Made by a program: the position numbers and the translations under genes. Below are positions 54,501 through 64,000 of a stretch of 64,000 nucleotides of DNA, one piece after another (position 1 is the stretch's first letter; each line of letters opens with the position of its first letter). Origin of the DNA: Bacteroidales bacterium (GTDB taxonomy: Bacteria; Bacteroidota; Bacteroidia; Bacteroidales; UBA932); NCBI GenBank assembly GCA_017437825.1, contig JAFRXC010000002.1:14421-78420 (forward strand), written 5' to 3'. Below the pieces are notes generated by a model. That model saw nothing but the letters and a program-made list of their open reading frames with translations, did not search any database and was not told the DNA's origin.

Positions 54501-54554
54501 ATTGAAGCATACGAGGAACAGGGCCAGCAGTATAGTCCAAATACTTTTTCTCAT
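51537..54554 (-). CDS. Bacteroidales 'xanthan lyase'-annotated family: amidase_3-like, golvesin-like and FN3 domains
   Basis: GRHIALWQSHG, WEWQR, IHSDAG, SHQN, VNQRMGGGTWIYLGTF, FN3 YSFRVAAVNDGGKSFPS. Confidence 0.82.
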   Translation of the reverse strand: MRKSIWTILLALFLVCFNVKAQEVSKNAFKPVCDSLRTLLEERTTVFTKMSIDRVLKRSSLLDFYFSVELGDYPWHSRDINWFKATLTSLFPPEYSNCTVGIIYVRRNNLTAYVTPELGFDGKPAEDTYHYPAPRNTPLVTRKDAVKAPKGLDGRHIALWQSHGRYFEEETDRWEWQRAPMHGTIEDIYTQSIVLPFLIPMLENAGAYVMTPRERDTQSYEIIIDNDPSFTGERSGVTRRVGFYSEEGGLWSNAGTGFADSKRIYMLGDNPFKAGTAKETLCVSYGEEEVRTAKWSFNPPVKGSYAVYVSYKTQRNSTDAAHYTVNHAAGKTDFYVNQRMGGGTWIYLGTFDFGEEGSVTLDNVYPEGRTKPADAIVSADAVKIGGGVGKTARGLSSAPQSSYTTSGLASYLEGALYWLQWAGEGPELTDNWTGDYTKDLAGRGAWVTHLTGGSSFNPQKEGLKIPIDVSLGIHSDAGLAPNDSTIGTLAIYTLTADGKTTLPDGRSRYLCRTLADLVQSQICNDIRGRYNKDWSRRETYDRSYSESRTTSVPGIIIESLSHQNLSDMQYGLNPTFKFDLARAIYKGVLKFLSNEYSREYVVQPLPVNSLAVSPGLSGNAVLKWKPTEDPFEPTAVAKSYIVYTRVDDGVFDGGKAVDATAGDDGFLSVPVTCEKGHIYSFRVAAVNDGGKSFPSHIVSIGIPENAKGGSVLVVNNFDRVSGPTWFDSEMYGGFLYQEDGGVGYVNDLSFSGDVYEFRRDFEWIDDDNPGFGGSSIEHAGTIVPGNTFDYAIVHGRALMAAGRPFYSVSVQAWEADPSLGKGSSIVDIICGKQVTVPTGQESTRYSVFPSELQTVIKDYTSGGGNVIISGANIATDVWDRVFPIQIDKERRELDKEFVQSVLGYKWHTGHGSYTGEVVPIEGGKAISFHQKRNRVIYQVENPDGIVPANENGVTTMRYSGNNVPAAVRFKGKNYKVASFGFPLETIVDYNDMERLIQDTLNYFSN

Positions 54555-54964
54555 CTCTTCTTACGGGCTTTGAAAGAAACAAGGATGTAATTCAGGATAA
54601 GGGTGAACACTGAGCTGATGCCCAGAGCCATCGAATCTGCCTTGAAGTCCATCAGGTCGCCTGTCCTGTATTTCAGGTGGGTCTGAATCACTTCGGTACC
54701 TGCGGCAATGGCGCAGCCTATTCCGAAAATAATTAGTATGTGCAGCAGTGCCTTTGGAAAGTGCCTGGTTATGGGGGCGAAGGTCAGGTACATCAGGAAG
54801 GGGAAAGGCGTGAACATCACGAAATGCACGAACTTGTCTGCCGGGAAGCCCCAGATCTTCCTTATATGCGGGAGGCTTTGGAACTTATAGAAACACAGAT
54901 ACATTACCGCTGCCAGGTATACCAGCAGCAGGAACCCGAAGAATATGCGCCAGCCTTTTTTCAT
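54551..54964 (-). CDS. VanZ family membrane protein
   Basis: DKFVHF, TEVIQ..YR.GD..D..AD. Confidence 0.88.
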   Translation of the reverse strand: MKKGWRIFFGFLLLVYLAAVMYLCFYKFQSLPHIRKIWGFPADKFVHFVMFTPFPFLMYLTFAPITRHFPKALLHILIIFGIGCAIAAGTEVIQTHLKYRTGDLMDFKADSMALGISSVFTLILNYILVSFKARKKR

Positions 54965-54967
54965 CCT

Positions 54968-56806
54968 TTACAATGCCTGCATGTCGTAGAACTTCTTGTA
55001 ATAGCCGTCTTTCTCTATCAGCTGGTCGTGCTTGCCGCGCTCCACAATGCGGCCTTCGTCCAGGACGATTATCTCGTCGGCATTCTTTACGGTGGAGAGG
55101 CGGTGGGCGATTGCCAGCGTGGTGCGGTGGCTCATCAGCCTTTCCAGGGCCACCTGTACGGCGCGCTCTGACTCGGTGTCCAGCGCTGCCGTCGCCTCGT
55201 CCAGGATGAGGATGGGAGGGTTCTTGAGCACGGCGCGGGCTATGCTTATCCTCTGGCGCTGGCCTCCGCTGAGCTTGACTCCGCGGTCGCCTATGTTGGT
55301 GTCGTAGCCTTCTTCCTTCTCCATTATGAAGTCGTGGGCGTTGGCTATCTTGGCGGCGGTGATCACCTGCTCTCGCGTGGCGTTCTCTACGCCGAAAGCT
55401 ATGTTGTTGAAAATGGTGTCGTTGAACAGGATGGGATCCTGGTTTACGTTACCCATCAGAGAGCGCAGAGACGCTATGGTTATGCCACGGATGTCCTTTC
55501 CGTCTATGCTGATGCTGCCCTCGGAGATGTCGTAGAAGCGGGGGATGAGGTCCGCAAGGGTGGATTTGCCAGCACCGGAGGAACCCACTATGGCTATGGT
55601 CTTGCCTTTCTCTATCTCCAGGTCTATGTCCTTGAGGACGTCGCGGTTGCCGTCGGGATACCTGAAACTTACGCCCTTGAAGCTGATTCCCTTGTCGAAT
55701 CCCTGGATGTCCACTGCGTCAGGAGCGTCCTTTATGGGGTTCTCGCTCTCCAGTATCTTGTTTATCCTCTCCATCGAGGCCATACCCTTGGGGATGCTGT
55801 AAGCGGCCTTTGAGAGGTCCTTGATAGGAGCTATGATACTGTAGAGGATTACCATGAAGAATATGAATGTAGGCGCGTCTATGGGGGCGTTGTCCTTGAG
55901 GATGAGAGTGCCTCCGAACCAGAGCACCACCGCTATCATAAACGTTCCGAGGCATTCGCTCACTGGATGTGCAGATGCCTGCCTGGTGGCCACGCGGCTG
56001 TTCTTGATGCGCATGTTCTCGATAATCTTGTAGAAGCGCCTGCCCATCTTCTTCTCAGCAAGGAAAGCCTTTATAACGCGGAGACCGCCAAGGGTCTCGT
56101 CCACCTGGCTCATCGTGTCGCTCCAGAGGGCCTGTGCCTCCAGCGACTGCTCCTTGAGCTTGCGCCCGATTGCGCCCATAAGCCAGAGCATCAGGGGTGC
56201 GAATACTATAGTGAACAGCGTGAGCTGCCAGGATATGATGAGCATAGCGGCAAAGTAGCCTATGATGAGGATGGGGTTCTTGATGAACATATCCAGAACT
56301 CCGGTGACGGAGTTCTCTATTTCCTGGACGTCACCGCTCATCCTGGCTATGATGTCGCCCTTCCTTTCCTGGGAGAAGTATCCTATGGGCAGGGAGAGGA
56401 TCTTGTTGTATATCTTCATCCTCATATCCCTTACCACGCCGGTGCGGATGGGAATCATCACAGCGGCTGCGCCAAAATAGCAGGCGGTCTTGAAAACGGT
56501 CATCACGCAGAGGAAGAGGCAGAGGAAGAGAAGAGTCTTGGAAGCTCCGTGGCTGCCGGTGAACTGGGCCACGTAGTAATACAGGTTGTTTATGAGAGCC
56601 TGGCTGTCGAATGCCTTTACCTGGCTCCAGGGAATGAGCGCATACTCCTTGCCGTCCAGATTGAACAGCATCTTGAGTATGGGCATTATCATACTGAAGG
56701 AGAACAGGTTGAATATCACCGAAAGGATATTCAGGACGACGCTCCATCCAAGGTATTTCCTGTAGGGAGCCACGTACTCCCGAAGCATTTTCCAGAAGGC
56801 TTTCAT
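54968..56806 (-). CDS. ABC exporter, fused TMD-NBD (MsbA-like)
   Basis: Six TM segments, GSSGAGKST, LSGGQRQR, ILDEAT. Confidence 0.93.
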   Translation of the reverse strand: MKAFWKMLREYVAPYRKYLGWSVVLNILSVIFNLFSFSMIMPILKMLFNLDGKEYALIPWSQVKAFDSQALINNLYYYVAQFTGSHGASKTLLFLCLFLCVMTVFKTACYFGAAAVMIPIRTGVVRDMRMKIYNKILSLPIGYFSQERKGDIIARMSGDVQEIENSVTGVLDMFIKNPILIIGYFAAMLIISWQLTLFTIVFAPLMLWLMGAIGRKLKEQSLEAQALWSDTMSQVDETLGGLRVIKAFLAEKKMGRRFYKIIENMRIKNSRVATRQASAHPVSECLGTFMIAVVLWFGGTLILKDNAPIDAPTFIFFMVILYSIIAPIKDLSKAAYSIPKGMASMERINKILESENPIKDAPDAVDIQGFDKGISFKGVSFRYPDGNRDVLKDIDLEIEKGKTIAIVGSSGAGKSTLADLIPRFYDISEGSISIDGKDIRGITIASLRSLMGNVNQDPILFNDTIFNNIAFGVENATREQVITAAKIANAHDFIMEKEEGYDTNIGDRGVKLSGGQRQRISIARAVLKNPPILILDEATAALDTESERAVQVALERLMSHRTTLAIAHRLSTVKNADEIIVLDEGRIVERGKHDQLIEKDGYYKKFYDMQAL

Positions 56807-56818
56807 CTTGACGTCAGT

Positions 56819-57637
56819 CTATAGTGTGAACAGACGGGAAGGCAGCTGCCGGGGGAGCGTCACAAGCCGAACGTCCTGCCTTCCGGCAGAGTCCAGGGCG
56901 TTCCTGGCGCTTTTGTGCGCGGCGTCGGGCGTATTGTTGTTCTCGCTCAGGTGGCATAGGAAAACGTTCCTTAGCCCCGGATGGACGAAACTGGATATGG
57001 CCTGCGCGCATTCTGCGTTGCTCAGGTGCCCGTGACCGTCGCGTATCCTGTCCTGGAGGACTTTGGGATAGGGGCCGTGCTCCAGCATATAAGAGTCATA
57101 GTTGGATTCTATGACAACCGCGTTTGCGCAACCGGCGTATTCCAGGGCTTCCGGCGTAATCCTTCCGGCGTCTGTTATTATTACAAATTTAAAATTATAA
57201 TTGATAAAATCTATATAATATCCCACAGTCTGGGTGGCATCGTGAGGAACGACGAAATACCTGGCCCTGATCTGCCCTGGGACGACCTCGTTCCATCCAT
57301 CCTGGAGCACTCTCCGGTTGGCCGCTATATAGTCTTTGGTAAAAAGGTTGCTGGAAAGGGCGCGGTGCAGGGTGTCTGTCGAATAGACCGGCTTGCGGAG
57401 ATATTTGCAGTAGGAACCCAGGGCGCGGATATGGTCGTAATGGTCGTGTGTTATGAGGATGGATTGGAAGTCGTCAGTGCTCATTCCCTCGGCGGCCAGT
57501 TCTTTCCTGACCCTCCTGAGGCTCACTCCTGCGTCAATCAGGATTCCTGTGGGGCAGGCGCCCTCCTCGGCCGTTCCAAGATAGTAACAGTTGCCGCAGC
57601 TTCCGCTGGAGAAGGACTTGAACTTTATTTCACCCAT
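56819..57637 (-). CDS. MBL-fold hydrolase, YycJ/WalJ-like
   Basis: SGSCGN, THDHYDH, HDA, IESNYD, GHLSN, HLSENNN. Confidence 0.9.
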   Translation of the reverse strand: MGEIKFKSFSSGSCGNCYYLGTAEEGACPTGILIDAGVSLRRVRKELAAEGMSTDDFQSILITHDHYDHIRALGSYCKYLRKPVYSTDTLHRALSSNLFTKDYIAANRRVLQDGWNEVVPGQIRARYFVVPHDATQTVGYYIDFINYNFKFVIITDAGRITPEALEYAGCANAVVIESNYDSYMLEHGPYPKVLQDRIRDGHGHLSNAECAQAISSFVHPGLRNVFLCHLSENNNTPDAAHKSARNALDSAGRQDVRLVTLPRQLPSRLFTL

Positions 57638-59656
57638 TTACTCTTGCTCGCAGTATTTTCCGATTACGCTGTATGCGTCCGCAACTCCCAGCTCTCCAGC
57701 CCTGGACAAGTCTATGCAGCCCTTTTCCTGGTCTTTCAGGTAGATCAGCACAAGTCCGCGGTTGAAGTACGCGTCTCCCATATAAGGGTAGAGCTGTATG
57801 GCCTTGCCGTAGTCTTCTATGGCCTCCACCATCTGGGATGACAGGGTGTGCAGGTTGCCCATATTGAAGTATATGTAAGGCACGTCCTGCACTATCTGGG
57901 CGGCACGCTGCATATCGTTCAGCGCGTCGGTATAGTCATAGGTGTGGCTCACCTGGTCGGATACCCTGGCCCTGGTGGTGCCCTGGTCATCCATAGTGAG
58001 GGTCTGCACGTTGTTCTGGATGGAGTTTATGAAGTCTATCATCTCCGCCCTCAGGACACCGCGGTTCATATAGTAGAAGGCACGGTAGTATTCGGCGTAG
58101 CGGTCCCGGGCCGCGTCAGTGGGAGCGGCCTGGATTGCGCTGTCAAACCAGTTGAGCGCCGCATTATATTGCTTGTTCTGCAGTTCCAGGAGGCCCTTGA
58201 GGAAGTATACCTCCGAAACCAGTACCTCCTCGTCGTCCAGTTTTCTGTACATCTCCTCTTCGAAGTCGCTTCCCAGGTCCTGTGCCGTTCCCTGTCCGCT
58301 GGAAATCTCCACAGGGACCGGAAGGCTAGACCTGAACCTGTCTATCAGGGAGTGTTCTATCCTGTGCTCCAGGGCATAGTTGGTGTCGTCGGAACTCTCG
58401 GTGAGGTTGAACTTGTACAGAGGCTTCAGCCTTATGTCAATATCCCTGTGCTGGAGCAGTTCGTCGTCGAAGTCTTTCTTTGCGAAGTCTGCATCCAGGG
58501 CTATGAGGGAACTGTATTTCTTGGTGGTGTCGGCAAAGGAGCTTTCGTCGCTCTCGTTCTTCTCCCGGTATTCGCGTATCTTGTCCTGGGCCAGGTCATA
58601 GTCTCTCTTGGAAGCGCTGGTCTGTCCCAGCATTCCCAGGACGTAGGACCTGTTCATATAGGCCTTGGCAAAGTCCGGATACAGGGATATGGCCTTGTCA
58701 TAATCTTCCAGGGCGTCTTGCCAGCGTTCCATCTGAATGAAGAAAGCAGCCCTGTTGTAGTAAGCGAGAACATTGTTAGGGTTTATGTTTATTACCCTGT
58801 CCATATCCGAAAGGGCTTGCTCGAAGTTGCCTACCTGGGCGTTTATGAGACTCCTGTTGTACAGCGTGAGGGCGTTGCCTGGCTCCATCTCCAGGACCTT
58901 GTCCAGGTCCCTGACGGCCTCGTTGTAACGGTTCTGTTCGTAATAGATAAGGGCCCTGCTGAAGTGGGCGAGGGAGCTGGTGGAGTCCAGCCTTATGGCC
59001 GCGTCCATATCGGAGAGGGCCTCCTCGTACTGGCCCTGCTCTGCATACAGGCGCCCGCGACGGATGAAGCCTTCGGCGTCGAAGCGGTCCAGGGATATGG
59101 CTTTGTTGTAGTCGTCAAAGGCCTTGAGGGTGTCGCCCAGGAAGAGGTAGGAAGCTCCGCGGTTGAGGAATGCGCCGGGGTCGCGAGGCTCCTGGCGGAT
59201 GTAGCGGTCGAAGTCCTTGACGGCGTTCTCGAACTGCTGCGCAAGGAAGTAGGTGACTCCGCGGGAGTAGTAGATGCCGCTGAGGCCGGGGCGGAGTTCT
59301 ATTGCCTTCTGAAGGTCTGCAAGGGCCTCGTCGTAGCGGCCGAAGCGGCTCAGGGTGATGGCCCTGTAATGGTATCCGTTGGTGAAGACGGGGTTGATGA
59401 CCACAGACTGGTTGAAGTCCTGCTGGGCGCCGCGAAGGTCTCCCAGGTTGTATTTGGCTATGCCCCTGAAAAAGAACGTCCAGTAGTCGGAAGTGTCCAG
59501 CTGGGCAAGGATGTTGAAGTTCTCGATTGCCTGGGCATATTTGCCGTCAGAAAGGGCTGTGCGTCCCCTGTAATAGAATACGTCCTTGTCGTACTGGGCA
59601 AAGACTGCCTGTACGGAACATATTACTATCAAGAGAGAAAGTAAGGCCCTTCGCAT
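57638..59656 (-). CDS. Tetratricopeptide repeat protein, secreted
   Basis: Signal peptide and many 34-aa repeats (AY.NRG...A..D..KAI.L.P). Confidence 0.92.
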   Translation of the reverse strand: MRRALLSLLIVICSVQAVFAQYDKDVFYYRGRTALSDGKYAQAIENFNILAQLDTSDYWTFFFRGIAKYNLGDLRGAQQDFNQSVVINPVFTNGYHYRAITLSRFGRYDEALADLQKAIELRPGLSGIYYSRGVTYFLAQQFENAVKDFDRYIRQEPRDPGAFLNRGASYLFLGDTLKAFDDYNKAISLDRFDAEGFIRRGRLYAEQGQYEEALSDMDAAIRLDSTSSLAHFSRALIYYEQNRYNEAVRDLDKVLEMEPGNALTLYNRSLINAQVGNFEQALSDMDRVININPNNVLAYYNRAAFFIQMERWQDALEDYDKAISLYPDFAKAYMNRSYVLGMLGQTSASKRDYDLAQDKIREYREKNESDESSFADTTKKYSSLIALDADFAKKDFDDELLQHRDIDIRLKPLYKFNLTESSDDTNYALEHRIEHSLIDRFRSSLPVPVEISSGQGTAQDLGSDFEEEMYRKLDDEEVLVSEVYFLKGLLELQNKQYNAALNWFDSAIQAAPTDAARDRYAEYYRAFYYMNRGVLRAEMIDFINSIQNNVQTLTMDDQGTTRARVSDQVSHTYDYTDALNDMQRAAQIVQDVPYIYFNMGNLHTLSSQMVEAIEDYGKAIQLYPYMGDAYFNRGLVLIYLKDQEKGCIDLSRAGELGVADAYSVIGKYCEQE

Positions 59657-59728
59657 TTTTTAGTTATGCCTTATTTTTTTAAATTTGTGGGTAATTATAC
59701 AAATATAATCATAAATCGAGCCTAAGAG

Positions 59729-60658
59729 GTGATTCAAGCCAAAAAAATAGCCCTCTTTCTTGTGCTTTCAGCCATCATTTTACCGGCTATTCCGGCCCTG
59801 GCCCAGCAACGCGACCAGCTGCGCAGGGACGTGGAATTCCTAAGCAGTGAATTATGTGCGGGGCGCGCCACGGGTACCGTCGGCGCAGGGGAGGCGGCTC
59901 AGCTGGTGTCGCGCCGTTTCGCCCGGTTCGGGCTCGTTCCCTGTACTCCCGGCTATATGTCCAGTTTCTATACGGGAGGAAAGGTAGGCCGCAACGTCAT
60001 AGGTATACAGCCCGGCTGGGGTGACAAATACATTATCATCGCCGCCCATTACGACAACTTGGGAATCCTGGAGGGGAATATGTACCCAGGAGCGGATTCC
60101 AACGCTTCAGGCGTTGCTATGCTGCTTGGCCTGGTGGCCGAACTTGCCGGCAACAACTACCCTCAAAGCATCATATTCGTTGCCCTGGATGCCCATCAGA
60201 CAATGGCGGGGGCTACCGATCTCCTTGAGAAGATACAAGGGGAGAGGCTGATTAATCCCACTACAGGCAGGCCCATATATGCCAGGAGCATTACCTCGTT
60301 CGTGAACCTTGATATGCTTGGCGGAACCAGCGCCCCTCTGCACCAGGGCCGCCCTGATTATCTGATAATGCTGGGATCCGAGAAACACCGCTCCCTGCTC
60401 CATCGCCTCAATCTGGACAACCTGGACCTGGGTTTCGATTACTACGGCAGTTCTTCATTTACAGATATGTTCCTTTACAGGGTGGGGGACCAGAAAGTCT
60501 TTTACGACGCCGGATTTCCCGTAGGCCTTTTCACCTCAGGAATCACAATGCTCACCAATAAGCGTGAAGACGACGTGGACACCCTGGATTACGATGTGAT
60601 GGAAAAGCGTTTCACCCTCCTCTACCACTTCTTCGACCACTCAATCCCGCTGCTTTAG
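59729..60658 (+). CDS. M28 family peptidase
   Basis: [20 protein letters not shown]; several usual metal/catalytic residues look degenerate. Confidence 0.8.
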   Translation: MIQAKKIALFLVLSAIILPAIPALAQQRDQLRRDVEFLSSELCAGRATGTVGAGEAAQLVSRRFARFGLVPCTPGYMSSFYTGGKVGRNVIGIQPGWGDKYIIIAAHYDNLGILEGNMYPGADSNASGVAMLLGLVAELAGNNYPQSIIFVALDAHQTMAGATDLLEKIQGERLINPTTGRPIYARSITSFVNLDMLGGTSAPLHQGRPDYLIMLGSEKHRSLLHRLNLDNLDLGFDYYGSSSFTDMFLYRVGDQKVFYDAGFPVGLFTSGITMLTNKREDDVDTLDYDVMEKRFTLLYHFFDHSIPLL

Positions 60659-61917
60659 TGGACTTCAATCAATTCGTTCCAGTCGGTTGAGAAAAGGCGT
60701 GAGCAGTGCTCGCGGCGGATGCCTTCGGCGTAGTGGCCGGGGCGTTGCGTGGCTATCCTGAGCATATTGCTGCCGCTGGAGTTGAACTTGTCCATCAGCA
60801 AGGACACCTTGTCCGCTTTCTCGCGCAGTTCACCTTCCGTGTCGAAGATGTCTCCCTGAACGGCATCGTCCGCAATGATATTGGCGATGATGACGCCCGC
60901 GCGCTTGTACTGGTAGCCTTCTTTATAGATGCTTTCCAGCGCGCGGAGGGCGGCGGCCACAATTTGGGGGGTGTTGCTGGATGGCATTTCCAGGCGGGTC
61001 GTGGCGGCAGGGTAGTACTGCGGCAAGTCCTTACGGAAGGGATTTGTCTGGATGAAGGTGCATACCTCGTAGGCCAGGGAGTGCTCCTTGCGGAGTTTGT
61101 GTGCGCAGATTCCGGCGAAGTCCGATACCCGCAGGGTCAGTTCTTCCAGGTCGGGGATAGTCTCTGCAAAAGAGCGGGAGGTGCAGATGGTCTGGCGTCT
61201 CTCGTGGCTTTCTTCCTCTATGACATCGTCGCCCTGAAGTTCCTGCCAGGTGCGCACGCCTGTGATACCCATATGTTTATGTACCCAGGCAGATGGTCTC
61301 TGGACAAAGTCCAAAGCGGTGTTCACACCCATTTTCTGGAGTTTGGGGGCGCTTCTCCAGCCTATGCCCCAGACATCGTCTATGGGGGTTAATTCCAGCG
61401 CCTTGTCCCTTTTTTCGTCAGTGTCTATGACGCACACTCCGCGGTAGCCGGAGTATTTCTTGGCAAAGTGGTTGGCTATCTTGGCCAGCGTCTTGCTGGA
61501 CGCTATGCCTATGCTTACCGGAATGCCCGTCCAGCGGCGTATCTTGCGCACCAGGCCCCTGCACAGGTCCCGGGCCTGGTCAAGGCTCATACCGTCCAGG
61601 ACCATAAAAGCCTCGTCTATGGAATATACCTGCAGCTCGGGGCAGGCCTCGCGCAGTATTCCCATAACTCGGCGGGAGAGGTCCCCATAAAGGGTGTAAT
61701 TGGAAGACCTTACCTCTACGCGCCTGCCGTTGGAACTCTCCAGCAACTGGTAGTAGGGGACGCCCATCTTCACGCCCAGGGCCTTGGACTCGTTGGAACG
61801 CGCCACCACGCAGCCGTCATTGTTGGACAGGACCACCACTGGGCGGCCCTCCAGCTGCGGCTGGAAGGCTCTTTCGCAGGATACGAAAAAGTTGTTGCAG
61901 TCTACCAGGGCGTACAC
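60655..61917 (-). CDS. umuC: Y-family DNA polymerase (UmuC-like, DUF4113 tail)
   Basis: [42 protein letters not shown]; GTG start. Confidence 0.93.
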   Translation of the reverse strand: MYALVDCNNFFVSCERAFQPQLEGRPVVVLSNNDGCVVARSNESKALGVKMGVPYYQLLESSNGRRVEVRSSNYTLYGDLSRRVMGILREACPELQVYSIDEAFMVLDGMSLDQARDLCRGLVRKIRRWTGIPVSIGIASSKTLAKIANHFAKKYSGYRGVCVIDTDEKRDKALELTPIDDVWGIGWRSAPKLQKMGVNTALDFVQRPSAWVHKHMGITGVRTWQELQGDDVIEEESHERRQTICTSRSFAETIPDLEELTLRVSDFAGICAHKLRKEHSLAYEVCTFIQTNPFRKDLPQYYPAATTRLEMPSSNTPQIVAAALRALESIYKEGYQYKRAGVIIANIIADDAVQGDIFDTEGELREKADKVSLLMDKFNSSGSNMLRIATQRPGHYAEGIRREHCSRLFSTDWNELIEVH

Positions 61918-61921
61918 GGGG

Positions 61922-62386
61922 CTATTTTATCTTCTTGATTACGTAAGTGACTATGCCCCAGACGGTAAAGTCGTTGCCCTCGGTAATGTGGATGGGCTTG
62001 TATTTAGGATTGCCGGACAGCAGCCACAAGTCCTTGCAGCCCAGGATGTTGTATGAGACACCTGGCTTGGGGGCGTTGGAGCCGCCTTTGCCGGGATCCT
62101 TGAATGAGATGAACTTGAGGGCGAACTCGCCGTCTATGAAGCATACCGCCATATCACCTTCCTGGGGCTCGAGGGACTTGTCTATCACAAGGACATCGCC
62201 TTCGTCCACTCCGGCATTCACCATCGAATCTCCCACCACTCTTCCGTAGAAGGTGGCGGCGGGATGGCGGACCAGTTCCTTGTTCAGGTCCATTATGCCG
62301 TCCATATAGTCCTGGGCAGGTGAGGGGAATCCGGCGTGGATGCCTGCCTGCGCCATTGGAACGCCCTGGATATGGCTTTCTTCCAT
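61922..62386 (-). CDS. umuD: UmuD-like S24 autopeptidase
   Basis: AGFPSPA cleavage site, GDSM Ser, catalytic Lys in FALK, WGIVTY. Confidence 0.92.
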   Translation of the reverse strand: MEESHIQGVPMAQAGIHAGFPSPAQDYMDGIMDLNKELVRHPAATFYGRVVGDSMVNAGVDEGDVLVIDKSLEPQEGDMAVCFIDGEFALKFISFKDPGKGGSNAPKPGVSYNILGCKDLWLLSGNPKYKPIHITEGNDFTVWGIVTYVIKKIK

Positions 62387-63712
62387 CTAGATTCTCTTTA
62401 AGAGTTCTTCGGTCTGCTTCTCGTAACCGGGCTTGCGCAGAAGGGCGAACATATTCTTCTTGTAAGCCTCTACTCCCGGCTGGTTGAAAGGATTGACTCC
62501 CAGTACGTAGGCGCTTATGCCGCAGGCGAACTCGAAGAAATAGAACAGGGCTCCCAGGTTGTATTCGTCAATCTGCTCTATGCTCAGGCCAATCTGGGGC
62601 ACTCCGCCGTCTATATGAGCCAGCTTGGTGCCCAGCTGGGCCATCGCGTTGCAGTGCTCCACTCTCTGGCCGGCCAGATAGTTCAGCTGGTCCAGGTTCT
62701 CCTTGTCTTCTCCGATCACTACTTTGCGGCGGCTGTTCTCTACATTCACCACTGTCTCGAACATAACCCTGTCACCCTCCTGGATGAACTGTCCCATTGA
62801 ATGGAGGTCTGTAGTGCAGACTACTGAAGCGGGGAATATGCCCTTTCCGTCCTTTCCCTCGGACTCGCCGTAAAGCTGCTTCCACCACTCGCCCAGATAA
62901 GTGAGCTTGGGATTGTAGCTGACAAGTATCTCAACCTTTTTGCCGAGGCCGGAATACAGCAGGTTGCGCATTGCGGCGTATTTTACGGCAGGATTGTCAA
63001 GGCTGCGCTCCTGAAGGGCCGCGCGGGTGTCCGCGGCGCCCTTGAGCATTGCGCGTACATCGAATCCCGCAAGCATTATAGGCAGCAGGCCCACCGGGGT
63101 GAGAACGCTGAAGCGGCCTCCCACGTCGTCAGGAACCACGAATGTGCGGTAGCCTTCCTGGGTGGAGAGCGTCTTGAGCGCGCCGCGTGCCGCATCTGTA
63201 ACTGCTACGATGCGCCTTGCTGCCTCGCCCGGATACTTCTGCTCTATATATTGCTTTACAATCCTGAAAGCCACTGCCGGTTCGGTGGTGGTGCCTGACT
63301 TGGAGATTACCACGCAAGCTACGTTGCGCCTCTCCATCAGGTCAGTCAGTTCTGCCAGGTACTCCTCGCTGAGGTTGTTTCCGGCGAACACCACCTGCGG
63401 GGCGCTGCCCGACGGCAGGAAACTGTGCGAGAGGGCCTCAATGGCGCATTTGGCGCCGAGGTAGGACCCGCCGATGCCTATCACCACTACCAGGTCGGCG
63501 CCCAGCGCCTTCCAGTCGTCGCGCACGGCCTCGCAGTCCTTAATCAGCTGCTCGGGAGTGTCGCAGGGGAGAGTCTTCCATCCCAGGAAGTCGTTTCCTG
63601 CGCCGTTGCCTGAAACCAGGGTGTCGAATGCCTTCAGGGACTTGGCGGCGAATTTGTCATAATCGGCTGCGCTTACGAATGACTTGCAGCCGTCCAGATT
63701 TATCTTGACCAT
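62387..63712 (-). CDS. pgi: Glucose-6-phosphate isomerase
   Basis: IGIGGSYLG, SKSGTTTE, GGRFSV, GESEGK, DLHS.GQ, FNQPGVE.YK. Confidence 0.96.
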   Translation of the reverse strand: MVKINLDGCKSFVSAADYDKFAAKSLKAFDTLVSGNGAGNDFLGWKTLPCDTPEQLIKDCEAVRDDWKALGADLVVVIGIGGSYLGAKCAIEALSHSFLPSGSAPQVVFAGNNLSEEYLAELTDLMERRNVACVVISKSGTTTEPAVAFRIVKQYIEQKYPGEAARRIVAVTDAARGALKTLSTQEGYRTFVVPDDVGGRFSVLTPVGLLPIMLAGFDVRAMLKGAADTRAALQERSLDNPAVKYAAMRNLLYSGLGKKVEILVSYNPKLTYLGEWWKQLYGESEGKDGKGIFPASVVCTTDLHSMGQFIQEGDRVMFETVVNVENSRRKVVIGEDKENLDQLNYLAGQRVEHCNAMAQLGTKLAHIDGGVPQIGLSIEQIDEYNLGALFYFFEFACGISAYVLGVNPFNQPGVEAYKKNMFALLRKPGYEKQTEELLKRI

Positions 63713-63729
63713 ATCTTAGTGCTGTTAAA

Positions 63730-63999
63730 TTACAGGGTAGGGTATTTCCACAGCGGATCTTCCCTCCAGTTGGTGGGGAAGCCCATCTTGGCGGGATCCA
63801 CTATGGGGTAGTTGTCCAGCAGGGCCTGAAGGCGCACACTGAAGGTATTCGTAGGCTTGACTGTGTCCTGCAGGAACTTTATCATACACAGCGTGGCGTA
63901 CACGTGTGCTGTGTCGTCGGTTGTGAGGGGAGGGAAGTACTTGTCCGGTTTCACCGGGACCATTGGCCTTATGCTCAGGGTCTTGTTCCACAGGCGGTT
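63730..63999 (-). CDS. Abi_2 (AbiD/AbiF) family protein, C-terminal part (truncated by the window edge)
   Basis: Frame open from the edge: NRLWNK...MGFPTNW.EDPLW, the typical Abi_2 C-terminus. Confidence 0.78.
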   Translation of the reverse strand, partial: NRLWNKTLSIRPMVPVKPDKYFPPLTTDDTAHVYATLCMIKFLQDTVKPTNTFSVRLQALLDNYPIVDPAKMGFPTNWREDPLWKYPTL

Positions 64000-64000
64000 G

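Noticed and set aside
57848-59644. 598-aa plus-strand ORF (and similar long ORFs at 4390-5601, 6112-7272, 29453-30601)
   Set aside because: Antisense shadows of well-supported genes, caused by GC-biased codon usage; no motifs
60655-62386. Prophage or ICE marked by umuDC
   Set aside because: Flanked by pgi and a peptidase with host-like composition; no mobility genes nearby

Overview
Gene-dense chromosomal segment of a GC-rich Bacteroidales-type bacterium. The lineage is inferred from repeated TAnnTTTG '-7' promoter elements, A-rich starts without Shine-Dalgarno, and many lipoprotein/TonB/CAZyme genes. Left part (1-26 kb): an ABC-F ATPase, hemicellulose side-chain enzymes (GH67, esterases, two GH2), a TonB-like barrel and a Tat-exported redox/MBL cluster. 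Right part (28.4-64 kb): mostly housekeeping genes (rplS, dnaJ/grpE, trkA, slyD, tldD/pmbA, two GH27, rfbAB, pfkA, two tRNA-Lys, an MsbA-like ABC exporter, umuDC, pgi) and the 3' end of an Abi_2-family gene. The most unusual stretch is about 26.0-28.45 kb. It holds two unannotated micro-ORFs, a SAM-I/IV-type riboswitch ahead of an orphan Zn-ribbon-like gene instead of a methionine gene, several REP/MITE-like palindromes, a ~200-bp structured element bounded by a duplicated tRNA 3' end, and a tRNA with an Arg(ACG)-type body but an ACA anticodon. No CRISPR array, rRNA, transposase or integrase was seen. All calls come from reading the sequence by eye; no searches were run.
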